From: Archaeoglobus fulgidus DSM 4304
Lineage (GTDB): Archaea > Halobacteriota > Archaeoglobi > Archaeoglobales > Archaeoglobaceae
Length of the DNA stretch: 32,000 nt
Assembly (NCBI RefSeq): GCF_000008665.1
Contig: NC_000917.1
Coordinates: 1,830,001 to 1,862,000 of the forward strand
Reading direction: 5' to 3'
The notes under the pieces are model-generated. The model worked only from the letters and a program-made list of their open reading frames with translations. It was not told the origin of the DNA and ran no database searches. Position 1 is the stretch's first letter, and each line of letters begins with the position of its first letter. The position numbers and the translations under genes are program-made. This document shows, piece after piece, positions 1 to 8,292 of this stretch.

Positions 1-161
1 AGAACTCTGAAGTCACTTAACAGCCATTTCAAAAGCTGGATTTAAACTTTTCTCTTGTTTGCTTCCGTGCTGGTGCTGCCCGCTAAAACGAATGATAACT
101 CTCATCACTTTAATTGTTATGATGGGAAAACTTTTTACCTGACGCATCAAAGTAGAAAATA

Positions 162-2180
162 GTGAAGAATGAGGTGAGCAGGAAAAGCATAACCGAAGCC
201 GATGACGAGACTCTTAAGATAATAGCGGAGCGCAGCCCAGACCCAGTCCTGATTCACGATGGTGAGAGAGTTCTTTACGCCAACCCCAAAGCGTTAGAGT
301 ACGTATCCGCCGAAGAGCTGATGAAAAGAAAGCTGGTCGAGTTCATTCACCCCGACTACAGGGCGATTGCTGTCGAGAGGATGACCAAGGTCATGAAGGG
401 CGAGAGTGTGGAGCCCTACGAAGAGCTTTTTGTCCTTCCAGACGGTAGAGAGGTGTGGCTCGAAACGAACCCTACTCCCATAACCTTCAGAGGCAAAAGG
501 GCTGTTTTGCTCATTCTCCGAGATGTTACTGCGAGAAGAAGAACTGAGGAGAGGTACAGGGATTTCTTCGAGAACTCGTTGGACATAATAGCGGTGACTG
601 ATCTCAAGGGAAACTTCGTGGAGGTTAACAGAGCCTTTGAGGAGGTCTTCGGCTACTCCAGGGATGAGGTGAGGGGAAGAAACTTTGCGGAAGTCCTGAA
701 ACTCAGCAAGGATGTGGCAGAGGAGATTTTCAGGAGCTACAACAAAGCTTTCAGAGAGAGAAAAAATGTTTACGGGCTTTTGTTCAAGGTCAGGCGAAAG
801 GATGGGAAAGAGATAATCGTTGAAGGCAACGTAAGGCTTTTGTGGGAAGGAAGCAAAGTCAAAGGGTTCGTGGGGAACTTCAGGGACGTGACCGACAGGG
901 TCAGGCTGGAAGAGAGGCTGAGGGAGAGCCAGGAAAGGTACAGATCTATTTTCAACTACTCACCCCTCGCCATCATCGTGTTCAACGACAGGGCTGAAAT
1001 AGTAGATTGGAACAAGAAGGCTGAGGATATTTTCGGCTGGAAAAAGGAGGAGGCTCTTGGAAAAAATATCATCGAGCTGCTCGTTCCGGAGCATTTGAGG
1101 GGAGAAATTCAGCTAATCGCGGAAAGAATCCTGGAGGGAGAGGTTTACACGCACTCGATAAACGAGAATTTAACGAAAGACGGTAGGGTCATAACGTGTG
1201 AGTGGCACAACACGATTTACAGGGACGCAAAAGGGAGGATTTACGGCCTCTCCATTGTCCAGGACATTACTGATAAGATAAAGATGGAGAGAAAGTTGAA
1301 AGAGAGTGAAGAAAGGTATAGAAGCGTTTTTACGCATGCTCCAGTTCTTATTGCAATTTTGGACAAAGATGGGCGGTTCGTTGAGGCGAATCCCGCAATG
1401 GTGAAAAGCATCGGAGAAAATCCGGTTGGAAAAGAGCTCTCCGAAATTTTCCCAAAGGACGTCGCGGAAAGGAGGCTTAATCATTTGAAGAAAGCACTCG
1501 AAGAGGGGGAGCTGGTTGAGTTCGAAGACGAGAGGGGCGGAAAGTACTTCATAAACTTCTACCTACCCCTCGAGCTTGAAGGGGAGAAGCACTGTCTGGT
1601 AATAGCCCAGGATATCACCGAACTCAGGAAACTGAACAAGCTGCTCAGAGAAATGGTCGAAGTAAATGAAGCCATAGTCCGAATTGGCGAACGTGAGGAA
1701 CTGGTGAAGAAGATAGAAGAGATTCTTTCAGACTACTCGGCGAAGATTAGAGATAGCGGGCAGGGAGAGTGCCTGGAAATCAGGTACGGTGATAAAACCT
1801 ACGGTTATCTATGTGTTGAGAACGTTGACGAGGAGATGAAACCCCTGTTGAAAGCCCTCACAGATGACCTCGCATTTGCCTTCAAATCAATGGAGGATGA
1901 GGAGAGAAGGGAAGAGCTGCTCAAACAGCTTGTTGAGAATATCAGAACGATAGCATACCTTGTTGACAGGATTAGGAATCCGCTTGCTGCTATCAGAGCT
2001 TTTACCGAGCTTTTTGTTGATGATGAAGAGGTCAGTAAGAAGATTATCCAGCAGATAGAAAGAATTGTGGACATCGTCGAGAAACTCGACGTTTCCTGGG
2101 CAAATTCAGAAAAAATTGCCAGAATGGAGAAGGAAATTTACGACCTCTCAAAAATAGAAAAGAAGTTCAAAAAAGATTAG
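162..2180 (+). CDS. Multi-PAS-domain signalling protein, histidine-kinase-like but lacking a recognisable ATPase domain
   Basis: 672-aa ORF (GTG start). Repeated PAS-type segments (e.g. ESLDIIAVTDLKGNFVEVNRAFEEVFGYSRDEVRGRN; YSPLAIIVFNDRAEIVDWNKKAEDIFGWKKEEALGKN; HAPVLIAILDKDGRFVEANPAMVKSIGENPVGKE), then a GAF-like stretch and a degenerate HisKA-like segment LVDRIRNPLAAIRAF. The exact start is uncertain. Confidence 0.85.
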   Translation: MKNEVSRKSITEADDETLKIIAERSPDPVLIHDGERVLYANPKALEYVSAEELMKRKLVEFIHPDYRAIAVERMTKVMKGESVEPYEELFVLPDGREVWLETNPTPITFRGKRAVLLILRDVTARRRTEERYRDFFENSLDIIAVTDLKGNFVEVNRAFEEVFGYSRDEVRGRNFAEVLKLSKDVAEEIFRSYNKAFRERKNVYGLLFKVRRKDGKEIIVEGNVRLLWEGSKVKGFVGNFRDVTDRVRLEERLRESQERYRSIFNYSPLAIIVFNDRAEIVDWNKKAEDIFGWKKEEALGKNIIELLVPEHLRGEIQLIAERILEGEVYTHSINENLTKDGRVITCEWHNTIYRDAKGRIYGLSIVQDITDKIKMERKLKESEERYRSVFTHAPVLIAILDKDGRFVEANPAMVKSIGENPVGKELSEIFPKDVAERRLNHLKKALEEGELVEFEDERGGKYFINFYLPLELEGEKHCLVIAQDITELRKLNKLLREMVEVNEAIVRIGEREELVKKIEEILSDYSAKIRDSGQGECLEIRYGDKTYGYLCVENVDEEMKPLLKALTDDLAFAFKSMEDEERREELLKQLVENIRTIAYLVDRIRNPLAAIRAFTELFVDDEEVSKKIIQQIERIVDIVEKLDVSWANSEKIARMEKEIYDLSKIEKKFKKD

Positions 2181-3790
2181 CGGGAGTACATCTGCTTCAG
2201 GACCTTCTTGTCTATCTTGCCGACGCTCGTCTTCGGTATCTCATCGACTATTTCGAATCTGTCAGGCACAGCCCACTTGGTAATCTTGCCCTCTTCGACA
2301 AACTTCATGAGGTGAGCTCTCAGCTCTTCAGGAGTCGGCTTCTCTCCGGGCATTGGGACGATGATGGCGAGCGGTCTCTCACCCCACTTCTCATCCGGGA
2401 TGCCGATAACTGCAACCTCCCTCACTTTGGGATGCAGGCTCAGCAGGTTTTCGAGTGTCAGCGTGGAAATCCACTCTCCTCCGCTCTTCACAACATCCTT
2501 GAGCCTGTCGACAATGGTGATATAACCCTCCTCATCCATGACCGCTATATCTCCAGTGTGCAACCATCCTCCCTCCCAGAGCTCCTTTGTCTTCTCCGGA
2601 TCTTTGAGATAGCTGTCAGTCAGCCACGGTGCTCTGACCACAACCTCTCCCATGTCCTGCTCGTCCGGCTTCACGTCAGTGAAATCGTCATGCACCACCC
2701 TGACATAAACCAGCGGGAATGGTATGCCGGTCTTGATTGACAGCTCAACCTTGGTTTCCTCATCGACGTTGAGCAAGTGAGGCTTGAGGAACCCTCCAGT
2801 CAATATTGGGCAGGTCTCGGACATTCCGTAGCCCGCCATGGTTATTATGCCCTTCTCCCTCGCCCTCAGAGCAAGTCCTTTCGGCAGCTTAGCTCCTCCA
2901 ATAATCATCTTCCAGCCGGGGAACTTGAAGCCCTCTGGCAGATTGTCAACAATCATCTGTAGAATTGTCGGCACGCAGTGGGAGTAAGTTACCCCTTCAG
3001 TCATGACCAGCTTGACAATCATCTGAGGCTCGTACCTGCCCGGATAGACGTGCTTGTGGCCGAGCAGCCACATCATGTAGGGCACTCCCCACGCGTGGAC
3101 GTGGAACATCGGCGTGAGGGGCATGTAAACGACCTCATCTTCCTTCAGCCTCAAAACCGACCTGTAGCCGGTCATTGCTATACAACCTGCGAGAGTGTGG
3201 AGAAAAAGCTTTCTGTGCGTGAACCAGACCCCCTTCGGCCTTCCCGTAGTGCCGGTGGTGTAGCTCAGCGTTGCCATCGTGTTCTCATCAAAGTCCGGGA
3301 AGTCGTAGTTGGGGCTGGCCTTCTTCAGCATCTCCTCATACTCTACGTCAGTAAGCTTCGTTTCGGGCATTGTGTCGTCTGTCATAACAACATATTTCTT
3401 CACGGTGTCGAGCTTGTCCGCAATTGATTCTATAAGCGGTACGAAGTCCTTGTAAACCAGAACCACCTCATCCTCGGCATGCTGCATCGTGTAAAGTATG
3501 TCCTCGGGGCTTAACCTGACGTTGACCGTATGCAAAACCGCCCCCATCATGGGGATAGCGAAGAAGCATTCCAGATAGCGGTTCGTGTCCCAGTCCAGAA
3601 CCGCCACCTTCGTTCCCTTCTTTACGCCAAGCTCCTCAAGAGCGCTTGCCAGCCTGTGAACTCTCTCGTAGATGTCTCTGTAGGTGAACCTCTTCAAATC
3701 TCTGTAGACGATTTCCTGCTTTGGAGCGTACGTCACACCGCTCTCGAGAATGTGCTTCAACAAAAGCTGGTAGTTATATGCCTCACTCAT
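2177..3790 (-). CDS. AMP-dependent synthetase/ligase (medium/long-chain fatty-acid--CoA ligase-like)
   Basis: AMP-binding motif LSYTTGTTGRPKGVWFTHR, plus YGMSETCPI, GWLHTGDIAVMDEEGYITIVDRLKDVVKSGGEWIS and C-terminal TSVGKIDKKVL. The ORF can begin at TTG 3793; the ATG at 3790 follows a GAGGTGG ribosome-binding-like sequence. Confidence 0.92.
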   Translation of the reverse strand: MSEAYNYQLLLKHILESGVTYAPKQEIVYRDLKRFTYRDIYERVHRLASALEELGVKKGTKVAVLDWDTNRYLECFFAIPMMGAVLHTVNVRLSPEDILYTMQHAEDEVVLVYKDFVPLIESIADKLDTVKKYVVMTDDTMPETKLTDVEYEEMLKKASPNYDFPDFDENTMATLSYTTGTTGRPKGVWFTHRKLFLHTLAGCIAMTGYRSVLRLKEDEVVYMPLTPMFHVHAWGVPYMMWLLGHKHVYPGRYEPQMIVKLVMTEGVTYSHCVPTILQMIVDNLPEGFKFPGWKMIIGGAKLPKGLALRAREKGIITMAGYGMSETCPILTGGFLKPHLLNVDEETKVELSIKTGIPFPLVYVRVVHDDFTDVKPDEQDMGEVVVRAPWLTDSYLKDPEKTKELWEGGWLHTGDIAVMDEEGYITIVDRLKDVVKSGGEWISTLTLENLLSLHPKVREVAVIGIPDEKWGERPLAIIVPMPGEKPTPEELRAHLMKFVEEGKITKWAVPDRFEIVDEIPKTSVGKIDKKVLKQMYSR

Positions 3791-3918
3791 CAAACCACCT
3801 CTTTACTATCATTGATACTCAACCTAATTATGAGTATAAGAAAATTTTGGTAATTTCTGCAATTTCCATTACAATTTTTGGCAACCAAAACTTTTAACCA
3901 GAGGAGCGAACTTGTACT

Positions 3919-5010
3919 ATGATTGCCGAGTTTCTCAGGAAGCACAGCGCAGACTTCATAATCCTCCACGGCTCAAGCAGCAACGCCAACTTCTACTACG
4001 CAACCAAGTTCAAAACCTACGACCCCCTCACCTACATTGCCGGCATTGACGGCTCCGACATTCTAATTGTTCCTGAAATGGAGAAGAAAAGGGCCGAGAG
4101 GGAAAGCAGGGTCAAGGAGATTGTCTCGCTCAACGATTTGGGCTACATGGAAAAGCTGAAAGAGCTTGGAGATGCGAAAAAAGCTTACCTCGAAATCCTT
4201 GTGGCGATTTTGAAGGAGGGAAGATGCAGAAAGCTCCTAATCCCAGAGGAGATGCCAACTTACATCTCCTTCGAGCTGATGAAGCACTTCGAGGTTGAGG
4301 TGGTGAAAAATCCCTTTTCAACGCTGAGGATAATCAAAAGCTCCTCGGAGGTTGAAAAAATAAGGGACACGAGCAACGCAATACTCAGATGCGTCAAGTG
4401 GGCAGTTGAGAACTTCAGCTTCAGAACCTGCGAGGGGATGAGGAGGGCAATTGAGCTGAAGCTTTTTTCTGAAGGCTATCTGGCAGAGAACACGATATGC
4501 TCCACCGGAAAAAGCTCAGCCGACCCCCACGAAATTGGGAAGGGGGAGATAGAGGAGCACGTCGTTCTTGACGTCTTCCCCAAGAGCCTTGACCACCTCT
4601 ATTATTCCGACTTCACGAGGACCCTCTTTGTGAGAGAAAACGCAGAGCTTGAGGAGATGTATAAAGCGGTGGTGGATGCACAGGAAAAAGCCCTTTCAAT
4701 GATAAGAGATGGTGTTGACGCAAAGGATGTGCATCAGGCGGTAAAGGACACGCTGAACAGCCACGGCTTTAAGACGGAAAAGGGAGAGGGATTTATACAC
4801 TCTACGGGACACGGAGTAGGCCTTGAAGTTCACGAGGAGCCGAGAATAAGCGAGCTGAGCGTTGAGCTGAAGAAGGGGATGGTTGTTACCGTTGAGCCGG
4901 GCCTCTACTACTCGAAAGTTGGAGGGGTGAGGGTGGAGGATACGGTTGTTGTGAGGAAAAATGGATGTGAGGTTCTCACTCCCTTCGAGAAGTTCATAAA
5001 GCTCTACTGA
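3919..5010 (+). CDS. M24 family metallopeptidase (Xaa-Pro dipeptidase/aminopeptidase-like)
   Basis: C-terminal pita-bread motifs: VLDVFPKSLDHLYYSDFTRTLFV, GFIHSTGHGVGLEVHEEPRIS, LKKGMVVTVEPGLYYSKVGGVRVEDTVVV. Confidence 0.9.
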   Translation: MIAEFLRKHSADFIILHGSSSNANFYYATKFKTYDPLTYIAGIDGSDILIVPEMEKKRAERESRVKEIVSLNDLGYMEKLKELGDAKKAYLEILVAILKEGRCRKLLIPEEMPTYISFELMKHFEVEVVKNPFSTLRIIKSSSEVEKIRDTSNAILRCVKWAVENFSFRTCEGMRRAIELKLFSEGYLAENTICSTGKSSADPHEIGKGEIEEHVVLDVFPKSLDHLYYSDFTRTLFVRENAELEEMYKAVVDAQEKALSMIRDGVDAKDVHQAVKDTLNSHGFKTEKGEGFIHSTGHGVGLEVHEEPRISELSVELKKGMVVTVEPGLYYSKVGGVRVEDTVVVRKNGCEVLTPFEKFIKLY

Positions 5011-6365
5011 CTCTTTGCCGGCATAATGAAATCCTTTGGTGCTGATTCGATGGGCTCAAGGTACTTCCTCAGCACTCTGGGAATCTCCACCCTCCCATCC
5101 TCAAGCTGGAAGTTCTCGATTATGGCTGTGATGGCTCTTGTAGTGGCGATTGCGGTGGAGTTGAGAGTGTGTACGAATCCCTTGCTCGGCTTCCCCCTCT
5201 CCTCCGCAAACCTTATGTCCAGCCTGTAGCTCTGCCAGTCCGTGCAGTTGCTGCAGGAAACCATTTCCCTGTATTTTGCCTGAGCGGGCATCCACGCTTC
5301 GAGGTCGTACTTCTTTGCCGCTACAATGCCTAAATCGCCTGTGCAGATGTTAACGATTCTGTAGGGGATGCCCAAGCCCTGCCACAGCTTCTCCACATTC
5401 TCTATCAGCTTCTCATGCCACTCCCAGCTCTGCTCAGGAAGGCAGAAAACGAACTGCTCCACCTTGTTGAACTGATGAACTCTGAAAATCCCCTTCGTGT
5501 CCTTGCCATGCGCCCCGGCCTCCTTTCTGAAGCAGGGCGAGACTCCTGCATAGAGCAATGGAAGCTCTCTCTCCTCCAGAACCTCCCTCATGTGCATCGC
5601 AGCTATTGGATGCTCGCTTGTGGCTATAAGATAGAGGTCTTCATCTTCAACCTTGTATATGACCTCCTCAAAGTCGCTGAAGGCCGTGACTCCGCTGTAA
5701 GCCTCTCTGCGCATCATGTAGGGAGGAGAGACTATTGTGAAGTCCTCCTTTCTCAGAAAGTCAAGGGCGTACATTGTTAAAGCGAAGTCCAGCCAGACGA
5801 GGTCGTTCAGCAGGTAGTAGAACCTCGCCCCCGCAACCTTTGCCGCCCTCTCCAGATCAGCCCAGCCGAAAATCTCAACGGCATCAGCATGACCGATAGG
5901 TTTGACGTCCGTAACTTCATACTCCGCCATTCCCTGCGTCATCTCAACAAAGGCATCAACATCCTCGAAGTAGACCTTCGCCTTCCCCCAGTACTTTATC
6001 GGAACGTTTTCACTGTCGTCCTTTCCAACTGGCACGGACTCGTGGATGATGTTTGGAATTGAAAGCAGAACTTCCTCAAGCTCCGCCTCAAGCCTCTTCA
6101 GCTCCTCCTCAGCCCTTTTAACCTCTTCAGATACAGCCTTTGCTTCCTCGATGACCTTTGCCCTCTCTTCCCCCTTTGCCTCCTTCACAGCCCTCGCCAG
6201 CTCGTTTCTCCGCTTTCTCAGCTGGTTTACCCTCTTAAGCTCTTCTCTCCACTTTCTGTCCAGCTCAATAGCTCTATCAACAATATCAACGCTCAAACCC
6301 CTTCTTCTCTGAGACTCGTAAAGAATTTCCGGGTTTTCGCGAACAGCTTTAAGAATGCTCCACAT
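5004..6365 (-). CDS. serS: Seryl-tRNA synthetase (class II, bacterial-type)
   Basis: N-terminal coiled-coil arm; LYLIATSEHPIAAMHMREVLEERELPLLYAGVSPCFRKEAGAHGKDTKGIFRVHQFNKVEQF; CTGDLGIVAAKKYDLEAWMPAQAKYREMVSCSNCTDWQSYRLDIRF; HTLNSTAIATTRAITAIIENFQ. Confidence 0.97.
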   Translation of the reverse strand: MWSILKAVRENPEILYESQRRRGLSVDIVDRAIELDRKWREELKRVNQLRKRRNELARAVKEAKGEERAKVIEEAKAVSEEVKRAEEELKRLEAELEEVLLSIPNIIHESVPVGKDDSENVPIKYWGKAKVYFEDVDAFVEMTQGMAEYEVTDVKPIGHADAVEIFGWADLERAAKVAGARFYYLLNDLVWLDFALTMYALDFLRKEDFTIVSPPYMMRREAYSGVTAFSDFEEVIYKVEDEDLYLIATSEHPIAAMHMREVLEERELPLLYAGVSPCFRKEAGAHGKDTKGIFRVHQFNKVEQFVFCLPEQSWEWHEKLIENVEKLWQGLGIPYRIVNICTGDLGIVAAKKYDLEAWMPAQAKYREMVSCSNCTDWQSYRLDIRFAEERGKPSKGFVHTLNSTAIATTRAITAIIENFQLEDGRVEIPRVLRKYLEPIESAPKDFIMPAKSQ

Positions 6366-6388
6366 CAGGATAAGTTAGGGTGGCTTGT

Positions 6389-7234
6389 TTATAAAAATAC
6401 GCCTAAAAGCAAAGAAAAGTAAACGAGTCCAAGGGTCATGCTCGCCAGCTTGTACATCTTCCTCGCCTTCACCCTGTCGGGAGAGAGGGCGAACTTCACC
6501 GCCTTGTAGAGGAAGAAAGCTACTGCAGAGGTTGAGATAACGAGGTAGAAGATTCCCAAGGGAAGCAGAACGTAAAGGCTCGCAGCCAGCACGAGCATTG
6601 CTGCGGTGGCAAAAACGATTGCCCACGAAGCCCTCTCCATGCCGACAACGAGGGGATACATTGGGATATTGGCCATCCTGTAGTCCTCCTCGTAGTGCAT
6701 GGATATGTACCAGATGTGAGAGGGAATCCAGAGGAGAACGATGGCAGCTATTATGAACCCCGGCAGCGTGAAGCCCTGCACAGCTACCCAACCACCAAGG
6801 GCAGGCATAGCCCCCGCAAAACCTCCCAGAACGATGGAGTAGGGACTCTTCCTCTTCAGGAGGATTGTATAGACAACGATGTCGAAGAAGAGCCCGAAAA
6901 ACACAACTAAACCGAACTCAAGGCTTACAAGGAATGCAAGCACCTGCCCGATGGCAAAGATTGCAGCGCCAAAAGCTGCACATTCGGAGGGCTTTAAAAT
7001 TCCCGCTGGAACCGGCCTTTTTCTCGTTCGAGGCATTATTGCATCTATATCCCTGTCAAGCCACATGTTGATGGCGGTGGTTCCTGAAATGGCCAAGAAC
7101 ATTGAGATTGCAGCGATGACGAAGTTGAAGTCTGCCCCTCCACGGGCTACGATATAGGAGACTAAGAAGGTAATCATTAACAGGAATGTTTGTTTCGGCT
7201 TCGTTACCTCAATGAGGGCCTTTAGCTTTTCCAC
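6389..7234 (-). CDS. UbiA-family prenyltransferase, heme o synthase (CtaB/CyoE)-like
   Basis: TAINMWLDRDIDAIMPRTRKRPVPAG (DxxxD prenyltransferase motif) and HIWYISMHYEEDYRMANIPMYPLVVG, typical of the protoheme IX farnesyltransferase group; multiple TM helices. GTG start. Confidence 0.85.
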   Translation of the reverse strand: MEKLKALIEVTKPKQTFLLMITFLVSYIVARGGADFNFVIAAISMFLAISGTTAINMWLDRDIDAIMPRTRKRPVPAGILKPSECAAFGAAIFAIGQVLAFLVSLEFGLVVFFGLFFDIVVYTILLKRKSPYSIVLGGFAGAMPALGGWVAVQGFTLPGFIIAAIVLLWIPSHIWYISMHYEEDYRMANIPMYPLVVGMERASWAIVFATAAMLVLAASLYVLLPLGIFYLVISTSAVAFFLYKAVKFALSPDRVKARKMYKLASMTLGLVYFSLLLGVFL

Positions 7235-7296
7235 ATAGAAAATTTAGTTTGAGGGCAAAAAAGTTTTCGGAATTTATCGATTAACAGCAACCATCG

Positions 7297-8238
7297 CTAA
7301 TCAAAGTGCCTCGAATTCAGCGTTATCTCCTCCTCTTCAATGCCTGCATATCCCAGCCTCTCGGTTATCACAATATAGGCCATCTCAGGCGGTATCGCAC
7401 CGATTTCGGTTATGATAACATCAATGTAGTCCCGCGGCGTCACGTCGAAGGCAGGATTTCTCACCTTCACCCCCAGCTTCAGAATCTCCTCAGGAGCAAC
7501 CTCTCTTGCATCCCTCTCCTCGATAACGACGAGCTCACCGAAGAGCGTTTTCGGGCTGAACTTGTAGGTCTCTGCAGCGACCATGAAAGGTACCCTCGCC
7601 TCCTTTGCCGCTAAGGCTATCTGAGATGTGCCGATTTTGTTAATCAGGGCTCCATTGGCAGTTATGGTGTCAGCCCCAACCACAACGCAGTCCACCTCGT
7701 TGATGAAATACCTGACAGCTGAGTCAACGATGAGAGTAACCTCAATCCCCGCCTCCCTCAGCTGCTTTACCGTCAGATGCCCCTGCCACCTCGGCCTTGA
7801 TTCTGTTGCTATTACCTCCACCCTCTTGCCGTTTTCGTGGGCCTTCTTGATAACAGAAAGGGCTGCTGAGGAGTTGCAGTGCGTCATAACGGTGTAGCCG
7901 TCCTTTATCCTCTTCTCCCCAATCTCCCCAATCTTTCTCTGGGCAGTCTCAACCCAGTTTATGAACTCCCTTGCTCTCCTTATCACACTCTGCCTCTTCT
8001 CCTCAACGCTCTCCCCGCTGTAACGCATGACGTAGTTTATGGCGTTGTAGAGGCTCACGGCAGTTGGGCGAGTGTTGAGGAGAGTTTCCGCAGCGAACCT
8101 CATCTCCTCGTCAAACTTCTCGTCAGAGGCTTTTTCGGCGAATTTCATCAGAGTTTCCGCAGCGAACCTCGCAATTCTTGCAGCACCTCTCACCTCCATG
8201 CTCCTGATTTTTTCCGCAGCTTCGAGAACTTCTTCCAT
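7297..8238 (-). CDS. eIF-2B-like sugar-phosphate isomerase, probable ribose-1,5-bisphosphate isomerase
   Basis: 313-aa eIF2B alpha/beta/delta-like fold: IRSMEVRGAARIARFAAE, VIATESRPRWQGHLTVKQLREAGI, VDCVVVGADTITANGALINKIGTSQIALAAKEARVPFMVAAETYKF, NPAFDVTPRDYIDVIITEIG. Substrate call follows archaeal homologues of the AMP-RuBisCO pathway. Confidence 0.85.
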   Translation of the reverse strand: MEEVLEAAEKIRSMEVRGAARIARFAAETLMKFAEKASDEKFDEEMRFAAETLLNTRPTAVSLYNAINYVMRYSGESVEEKRQSVIRRAREFINWVETAQRKIGEIGEKRIKDGYTVMTHCNSSAALSVIKKAHENGKRVEVIATESRPRWQGHLTVKQLREAGIEVTLIVDSAVRYFINEVDCVVVGADTITANGALINKIGTSQIALAAKEARVPFMVAAETYKFSPKTLFGELVVIEERDAREVAPEEILKLGVKVRNPAFDVTPRDYIDVIITEIGAIPPEMAYIVITERLGYAGIEEEEITLNSRHFD

Positions 8239-8292
8239 GTGTTCAATTTTTTCAAAGGTTAAAGAATTTTAACCTGAAGCAGAGGTGGGAAC

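Noticed and set aside
1-161. Possible 3' end of an upstream gene (short open frame ...LKSLNSHFKSWI*) before the PAS protein
   Set aside because: Only about 14 codons are visible with no recognisable motif; cannot be supported.
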